From the NCBI GenBank assembly GCA_035934195.1, contig DASYYD010000185.1:1-41657 (forward strand): DNA of 41,657 nucleotides, in the 5' to 3' direction. Position numbers and translations under genes: made by a program. This stretch comes from Stellaceae bacterium. Its GTDB lineage: Bacteria > Pseudomonadota > Alphaproteobacteria > ATCC43930 > CGMCC-115725. The notes beneath the pieces were generated by a model that saw only the letters and a program-made list of their open reading frames with translations, had not been told where the DNA came from and did no database searches. This document shows, piece after piece, positions 36,055 through 41,657 of this stretch (positions within the stretch are counted from its first letter, which is position 1; each line of letters begins with the position of its first letter).

Positions 36055-37032
36055 TCACACGGCCGCGAGGGATGCCTCCGCTCGCGCCGGCGCGGCCGAG
36101 CCGGACGGCGGGATGTGACGGTGCTCGAGCTCCGCCGGCCACCCGTCGCCGCGGACGAGAGAGGCGAGACGCTCGGCGACGTAGACCGAACGATGCCGCC
36201 CGCCGGTGCATCCGACCGCGATCGTCAGATAGCTCTTGCCTTCCTTTTCGTAGCGCGGCAACAGCGGGCGCAGCCATTGCCACAAGCCGTCGAGAAAAGG
36301 CTGCAAAACAGGGTCCCTGGCGATATGGGCGGCGACGGCCGGATCGAGCCCGGTGAGCCCGCGCAACGGCGCGACGTAATGCGGGTTGTCGAGAAAGCGC
36401 ACGTCGAAGATCAAATCCGCCTCGCGCGGTATGCCGTAGCGGTAGGAGAAGGAGGTGATGAAGATCCGCAGCTGCCTCGCATCGAGGGCGAAATGGTTGG
36501 TCACGAGCCGCTTCAGATCGGCGGGCGTCAGTTGCGAGGTGTCGATCACCAGATCCGCGCGGTCGCGCAAGGCGTACAACATCCGCCGCTCGAGACGGAT
36601 CCCGTCCATCACCGGACGGTCGCCGGCGAGCGGGTGCGGCCGGCGCGTCTCGGTGTAGCGGCGCTCGAGCCGCTCGTCGGCGCAATCGATGAACAGGATC
36701 TTCAGCTCGCGCCCGGTGCGGCGAACCGCCAGGTCGAGCGTTTCGATCATCCGGTCGAGACGAAAGCCGCGCGTGCGCGCGTCGGCGCCGACCGCGATCG
36801 CCGGGGCGTCGGCGGCGGCGCTCTCGATCAGGGCTGGAAGCAGCGACATCGGCAGATTGTCGATCGCCTCGTAGCCGATGTCTTCGAGGTTCTTGAGCGC
36901 GGTCGAGCGGCCCGCGCCGGACATCCCGGTCACCAGCAGCACGCGTGCGCCGGCGATGCCTGCCGTTCTGGCCCTGGCGCCGCTTCGCGCATCGCTCGCG
37001 CCCGACCGGCCGGGACCGCTGTCGGTCATCAT
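36055..37032 (-). CDS. rapZ: RNase adapter / nucleotide-binding protein RapZ (YhbJ family)
   Basis: Walker A VTGMSGAGRSTA, then DNLP and the C-terminal CTGGRHRSV motif. Confidence 0.9.
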   Translation of the reverse strand: MMTDSGPGRSGASDARSGARARTAGIAGARVLLVTGMSGAGRSTALKNLEDIGYEAIDNLPMSLLPALIESAAADAPAIAVGADARTRGFRLDRMIETLDLAVRRTGRELKILFIDCADERLERRYTETRRPHPLAGDRPVMDGIRLERRMLYALRDRADLVIDTSQLTPADLKRLVTNHFALDARQLRIFITSFSYRYGIPREADLIFDVRFLDNPHYVAPLRGLTGLDPAVAAHIARDPVLQPFLDGLWQWLRPLLPRYEKEGKSYLTIAVGCTGGRHRSVYVAERLASLVRGDGWPAELEHRHIPPSGSAAPARAEASLAAV

Positions 37033-37481
37033 CGGCTTATTATATCCCGCCCCGTGGGCGAGGCAAAGGCGCGCAGCGCGAGCCGCAACTTGGCCGCCGC
37101 CGAGGCTTCGAAAGGCGCCAGCGCGAGGCGCGGCAGCGAGCAGCCGAGCACCGCTTCCGCCGCCCCTTCGGGAAGGCGCTCGAGGGCTTCGGGCGCCACC
37201 AGATCGACGATCAGCGCGAGCGGCGCCTCGTCGAGCGCCGGCAGGCGCAGGATGCCGACGCCGCAGACCTCGATGAGACCCTTTATCGCGGCCGGGGCGG
37301 TCACCGCAATGCCGGCGCCGGCGCGGCGCAGCAGCGCCTGGTCGTCGGCGACGAGCTGCGCGCCAGCGTCGATCAGTCGCAGGGCGAGGTCGGATTTTCC
37401 CGACCCCGAGGGGCCGCGAATGAGGACGGCGGCGCCGTCGATCGCGACGGCGGTGCCGTGCACCAAGAGGGCGTCCTTCAT
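37029..37481 (-). CDS. hprK: HPr kinase/phosphorylase, short alphaproteobacterial form (C-terminal catalytic domain only)
   Basis: Internal ATG at 37481 overlaps the chvG stop (ATGA). 150 aa. LVHGTAVAIDGAAVLIRGPSGSGKSDLALRL contains the P-loop, followed by GLIEVCGVGI. Confidence 0.85.
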   Translation of the reverse strand: MKDALLVHGTAVAIDGAAVLIRGPSGSGKSDLALRLIDAGAQLVADDQALLRRAGAGIAVTAPAAIKGLIEVCGVGILRLPALDEAPLALIVDLVAPEALERLPEGAAEAVLGCSLPRLALAPFEASAAAKLRLALRAFASPTGRDIISR

Positions 37482-39229
37482 TGTTCGGACGGCAGGCGGA
37501 TCGAAAAGCGGGCGCCCGACACCTTGCCGTTCGCGGATTTGCGGTTTTCCGCCCAGATCATCCCGCGATGCGCCTCGACGACCTGTCGCGAGATCGACAG
37601 CCCGAGACCCGAATGCGTGCCGAACTTCTCGCCGGCCGGACGCTCGGTGTAGAAGCGGTCGAAGATCGCGGTCAATCTGTCTTCTGGGACACCCGGCCCT
37701 TCGTCTTCGACGGTGACGAGGACGGCGCGCCCGTCCGGCCGGGCGGTGAGGCGGATCTCGCCGTCGGGCGGGCTGAACGAGATCGCGTTGGCGATCAGGT
37801 TGCGGAACACCTGCGACAGCCGCGTCTCGATGCCCGGCACGATCAGCTCGCGGCCGCGTTCCGGCAGGTCGAGGACGAGGTGCGGCGAGCCTTCGCTCTC
37901 CGCCGCCTGGGGCACCTCGACGAGCGCGCGCAGCATGGCGCCGAGGTCGATCGGCTCCAATTCGATGCGCGACAGCTCGGCGTCGAGGCGCGAGGCGTCC
38001 GAGATGTCGGTGATCAGGCGGTCGAGCCGTTGCACATCGTCGAGCACGACGGCGAGCAGCCGCCGCTGTTTTGCCGCGTCTTCGATCCGCGCCGCGGTCT
38101 CGACGGCGCTGCGCAGCGAGGAGAGCGGGTTCTTGATCTCGTGCGCGACATCGGCGGCAAAGCTCTCGATCGCGCTCATCCGGTCCCACAGCGCATCAGT
38201 CATCTCGCGCAGCGAACCCGAAAGATCGCCGATCTCGTCGCCGCGCCCGGTGAAATCCGGAATCTCGACGCGGGCGCCGCGGCCGCGGGCACGCTCCGCC
38301 GCCGCCGCGAGGCGCCGGATCGGGCGCGCGATCGCGCCGGCGAGATAGAAGGACAGAAGGACGGTGACGAGCAGCGCCGCGCCGAAGATGCGTAACAACT
38401 CGAAGCGGACGTTGCGCAGCTCCTGTTCGATCTCGCCGCTGCCGGAGGAAAGCATGACGGCGCCCAGCACCTGCTTGAAGCGTTCGATCGGGACCGCGAC
38501 GCTGATGACGAGCCCGCCGGTCGTCGGATCGCGCCGCACCGCCGAACCGGCGTTGCCGCGCAGGGCCTGCATCACCTCGCCGTAATCCTCCGCCCGCGCC
38601 GTCGCCTTCTCGCTGTAGATCGGGTATTGGGCGGGGGGCAGCAGCTTGCGGACGGTCCAGTCGTACAGCCGGTCGGCGGCGCCGAGGATCGGATTGGGCG
38701 GCGGCAGCGGCGCCAGGCGCAGCACGCGGGCCCGGCCGGTTCTGCCGCGCAGCACGCGGCTGTCGGCGATGATGTTGCCCTCGGCGTCGAACAGCCTGGC
38801 GCGGGTGCGCGTCGGCTCGACGAGGCGGGTCATCATCTGCCGCGCGAGGTCGGGAAGCAGCACTTCGCCCTCGTCGACCGAGTCGAGCACCGCGCCTTCG
38901 CCGAGCGCGGCGCCGAAGATCTCGCCCTGCGTCTTCAGCGACTCGATCTGTTGCCCGATGAGGCTCGCCTGATATTTGCCGAGATAGAGAAAGCCGCCGG
39001 CGAGCAATGCCAGCGCCAGCACGTTCACGGCAAGAATGCGGCGGGTGAGCGGCGAGACCCGCCAGCGCCGGCGAGTGCGGCCGGGGCCGAGCTCGGCCCT
39101 CGGCCCGAGCCCGCGCGAGGAGGCCGCGCCGATCGGGCCGGGAAGGCCCGGCGCCTCGCGATCGGCCTGCGACGGTTGCGCCGGCGCGACCGGAGTTTCA
39201 GCGGTCGCGGTATCGATATCCGACACCAT
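37478..39229 (-). CDS. chvG: Sensor histidine kinase ChvG/ExoS
   Basis: Start taken at ATG 39229, giving a 32-nt overlap with chvI. Two TM segments flank a periplasmic domain. H-box [15 protein letters not shown], and N, G1 and G2 boxes ([26 protein letters not shown]). Flanked by chvI and hprK. Confidence 0.85.
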   Translation of the reverse strand: MVSDIDTATAETPVAPAQPSQADREAPGLPGPIGAASSRGLGPRAELGPGRTRRRWRVSPLTRRILAVNVLALALLAGGFLYLGKYQASLIGQQIESLKTQGEIFGAALGEGAVLDSVDEGEVLLPDLARQMMTRLVEPTRTRARLFDAEGNIIADSRVLRGRTGRARVLRLAPLPPPNPILGAADRLYDWTVRKLLPPAQYPIYSEKATARAEDYGEVMQALRGNAGSAVRRDPTTGGLVISVAVPIERFKQVLGAVMLSSGSGEIEQELRNVRFELLRIFGAALLVTVLLSFYLAGAIARPIRRLAAAAERARGRGARVEIPDFTGRGDEIGDLSGSLREMTDALWDRMSAIESFAADVAHEIKNPLSSLRSAVETAARIEDAAKQRRLLAVVLDDVQRLDRLITDISDASRLDAELSRIELEPIDLGAMLRALVEVPQAAESEGSPHLVLDLPERGRELIVPGIETRLSQVFRNLIANAISFSPPDGEIRLTARPDGRAVLVTVEDEGPGVPEDRLTAIFDRFYTERPAGEKFGTHSGLGLSISRQVVEAHRGMIWAENRKSANGKVSGARFSIRLPSEQ

Positions 39230-39896
39230 AGAGCGTTTCGATGTGCGCGAATTCGGCGTCGACGGCCTTGAACTTCTTGCGCAACCGCTTGATGTGGCTG
39301 TCGATCGTGCGGTCGTCGACATAGATATGCTCGCCATAGGCGGCGTCCATCAGCTGGTCGCGGTTCTTGACGTGCCCCGGGCGGTGCGCCAGCGACTTCA
39401 GGATCAGGAACTCGGTGACGGTCAGTTCGACCGGCTCGCCCTGCCATGTGCACATGTGGCGCGCCGGGTCGAGGATCAGCTGGCCGCGCACGATCACCGG
39501 CTCGCCCTGCGGGTCGCCGCGCTCGCGGGCCAGCTCGTCGCGGCGCAGAAGCGCCCGGATGCGCTCGATCAGCAGGCGCTGCGAAAAGGGCTTCTTGATG
39601 TAGTCGTCGGCGCCCATGCGCAGGCCGAGCAGCTCGTCGACCTCATCCTCCTTCGAGGTCAGGAAGATGACCGGGATATGGCTCTGCCGCCGCAGCTGGC
39701 CGAGCAGTTCCATGCCGTCCATGCGCGGCATCTTGATGTCGAGGACGGCGAGGTCGACGGGTTGCGCGCTCAGCCCCTTCAAGGCCTCGGCCCCGTCGCT
39801 GAAGCAACGCACCGAAAAGCCTTCGGCTTCGAGGGCCATCGAGACCGAGGTCAGGATGTTGCGGTCGTCGTCGACGAGAGCGATCGTGTTCACCAC
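39198..39896 (-). CDS. chvI: OmpR-family response regulator ChvI
   Basis: GTG start at 39896 or 39893, with GGGAGGGGGA 7 nt upstream. N-terminus [25 protein letters not shown], receiver Asp in [11 protein letters not shown], and winged-helix end YGVGYRY. Confidence 0.9.
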   Translation of the reverse strand: MVNTIALVDDDRNILTSVSMALEAEGFSVRCFSDGAEALKGLSAQPVDLAVLDIKMPRMDGMELLGQLRRQSHIPVIFLTSKEDEVDELLGLRMGADDYIKKPFSQRLLIERIRALLRRDELARERGDPQGEPVIVRGQLILDPARHMCTWQGEPVELTVTEFLILKSLAHRPGHVKNRDQLMDAAYGEHIYVDDRTIDSHIKRLRKKFKAVDAEFAHIETLYGVGYRYRDR

Positions 39897-40107
39897 GCGA
39901 GGGTCCCCCTCCCGGCTCCGCGGCGGCCGGACGGCCGGCGTGCGGATGGTTTCACCGGCTAAAATATGGCCCGGTGGCGGCAAAGGCAAAGCCATCCCGC
40001 CGCTTTTGTCGCATTATGGCGCTGTTCCGCCCACCGGCAGCGGCACTGAGCGGTGAGCGGTGAAACGCTTGACGCGAACGCAGCCGCCGGGGTTCTTGTC
40101 GCGCGCT

Positions 40108-40851
40108 ATGACCGCGAATCCGATTCGTCCCGATGTCGGCCCCTTTGCCCGCTCGTTGGCGCGCCGCCGCGACCGCGCGGCGCTCGCCACGATACAAGAA
40201 GGCGAGGGACTCGACGGTATGCCTTACGCCTCGCTCGTGCTGGTCGCCTTCGACCTCGATGCGAGCCCGCTCTTCTATCTTTCCGATCTCGCCCAGCATG
40301 CGAAAAACCTCAAATCCGACGCCCGCGCCTCGCTGTTGCTCGACAGCGCCGCGCCCGGTCCCGACCTGCTCGCCGCGCCGCGCGTGACGCTCCTCGGCGA
40401 GGTCCGCCCGGCCGCCGACCCGCGTCGCCTGGCACGTTTTAGGGCGCGACACCCCTCGATCCTCCCCTATGCCGGCTTTCGCGATTTTCGCCTCTATCGA
40501 ATGGCGGTGTCGCGCGCTCATCTCGTCGCGGGTTTCGGCCGCATCGCGTGGATCGACGGGGCCGATTTCCTGTTCGCCGGCGATCCGGGTGCGCTCGCCG
40601 CGGCCGAAGCGGCGCTCGTCTGCGAGTTGAACGAACGCCATGCCGCGCTGCTCGTGCGTTGCGCTCTTCGCCTCGCCGGCGGCGCGGGCGGCGAATGGCG
40701 GGCGACCGGGATCGACCCCGAGGGGCTCGACCTGCGGCATCAGGGCGAAACCGCGCGCCTCGAATTCGCCGCTCCGGCGGCCACCCCCGAGGCGGCGCGC
40801 GCGGCGCTGCGGGACATCGCCAAAGCGGCGGGGTGGACGGGCCCGATATAG
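40108..40851 (+). CDS. HugZ-family / pyridoxamine 5'-phosphate oxidase-like split-barrel protein
   Basis: GALATI..DGMPYASLVLVAFDLDASPLFYLSDLAQHAKNLKSDARASLLL and RVTLLGEV resemble the FMN-binding split barrel. A C-terminal extra domain follows. Start is ATG 40108; the track ORF starts at GTG 40060. Confidence 0.6.
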   Translation: MTANPIRPDVGPFARSLARRRDRAALATIQEGEGLDGMPYASLVLVAFDLDASPLFYLSDLAQHAKNLKSDARASLLLDSAAPGPDLLAAPRVTLLGEVRPAADPRRLARFRARHPSILPYAGFRDFRLYRMAVSRAHLVAGFGRIAWIDGADFLFAGDPGALAAAEAALVCELNERHAALLVRCALRLAGGAGGEWRATGIDPEGLDLRHQGETARLEFAAPAATPEAARAALRDIAKAAGWTGPI

Positions 40852-41012
40852 GGAACCCCTCCGCTCCACCGCCGGTTTCGCCCGACTACTTGCCACTGTG
40901 AAACCGCCCGACTATCGTGGCGTGCTACCGGTGATCGTCGGCGGCAACGCCTTATCGCGCCTTACGGTTCCGGCGGTTCGTGGAGGAAGCGTTGCAAAAA
41001 GGGGTCAATCCC

Positions 41013-41657
41013 ATGACGGTAGCGAAACCCCGGTTCGGGCTCGACAGCCAGGGCATGCATCATCTCGGGGCGGTGCATTGGAACCTGTCGCCGCCGGTGC
41101 TCTACGAGCACACGGCGCGGCGGCGCGAGGGCGAGATCGGCGCCGGCGGCAGCTTTGTCGCCCGCACCGGCGTGCACACCGGCCGCTCGCCGAAGGACAA
41201 GTACATCGTCGAGGAGCCGGGGACCAAGGAAGCGGTGTGGTGGGGCGCGATCAACCAGCCGGTCGATCCCGAGGGCTTCGCCAGCATGCATCAGCGCATG
41301 CTCGCCTATCTGCAGGGCAAGGAGCTGTTCGTCCAGGACCTCTACGCCGGCGCCGATCCCGAGTACCGGCTGCCGGTCCGCGTCGTCAGCGACAGCGCCT
41401 GGCACAGCCTGTTCTCGCGCAGCATGTTCATCCGCCCGCCGGCGAGCGAGTTGGAGGGCTTCCAACCCGCCTTCACGATCCTGCACGCGCCGAACTTCAT
41501 GGCGATCCCGGTGCAGGACAAGATCCGTTCCGAGGTTTTCATCTTCGTCAATTTCGCCGAGCGTCTCGTGCTGATCGGCGGCACTTCCTATGCCGGCGAG
41601 ATCAAGAAGGCGGTGTTCGGCTACCTCAATTTCATCCTGCCGGCGCGCGACGTATTG
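41013..41657 (+). CDS. pckA: Phosphoenolpyruvate carboxykinase (ATP), N-terminal part (3' end lies outside the window)
   Basis: My own translation; the frame stays open to the window edge, so it is absent from the track. MTVAKPRFGLDSQGM...ARTGVHTGRSPKDKYIVEEP...LIGGTSYAGEIKKAVF. Divergent from chvI, as in many alphaproteobacteria. Confidence 0.95.
   Translation, partial: MTVAKPRFGLDSQGMHHLGAVHWNLSPPVLYEHTARRREGEIGAGGSFVARTGVHTGRSPKDKYIVEEPGTKEAVWWGAINQPVDPEGFASMHQRMLAYLQGKELFVQDLYAGADPEYRLPVRVVSDSAWHSLFSRSMFIRPPASELEGFQPAFTILHAPNFMAIPVQDKIRSEVFIFVNFAERLVLIGGTSYAGEIKKAVFGYLNFILPARDVL

Noticed and set aside
40962-41486. A 174-aa minus-strand ORF near the right edge.
   Set aside because: It is antisense to the unmistakable pckA reading frame, which the track omits only because it runs off the window.

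Overview
Very GC-rich, densely packed chromosomal segment that looks alphaproteobacterial from gene content and synteny. I call 37 protein-coding genes, two of them cut by the window edges, plus one short gene remnant. I recognised no rRNA, tRNA, CRISPR array, transposase, integrase or prophage gene. Left to right: (1) end of the atp operon (atpD partial, atpC). (2) A di-iron desaturase-like protein followed by a PfkB ribokinase. (3) rppH-ctpA on the minus strand. (4) A cobalamin riboswitch in front of a tightly coupled cobU-cobW-cobN-cobO-cobQ operon, with cobD convergent. (5) A second cob operon with no visible riboswitch: cbiX, an unknown ~300-aa domain fused to cobH, cobL, a GT39 membrane glycosyltransferase, and cobI. 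(6) The conserved minus-strand array tsaE-amgK-murU-addB-addA-trxA. (7) A thioredoxin-reductase-like ferredoxin-NADP reductase. (8) A DivL-type kinase with Tyr in place of the phospho-acceptor His. (9) A short-form ahcY. (10) A minus-strand regulatory array chvI-chvG-hprK-rapZ-EIIA(Man)-HPr-EI. (11) A HugZ-like protein and the 5' part of pckA. Most of the window is core housekeeping. The parts worth a second look are in the second cob operon: the unknown domain fused to CobH, the embedded GT39 gene, a long-form His-tailed CbiX sitting next to CobN/CobW, and a 45-nt REP-like repeat read in the same frame inside two genes. Also of note are a truncated AbrB-type antitoxin remnant beside an AT-rich island upstream of ahcY, and the short ahcY itself. 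I see no clear defence system or mobile system. The many long ORFs antisense to real genes are GC-content artefacts.
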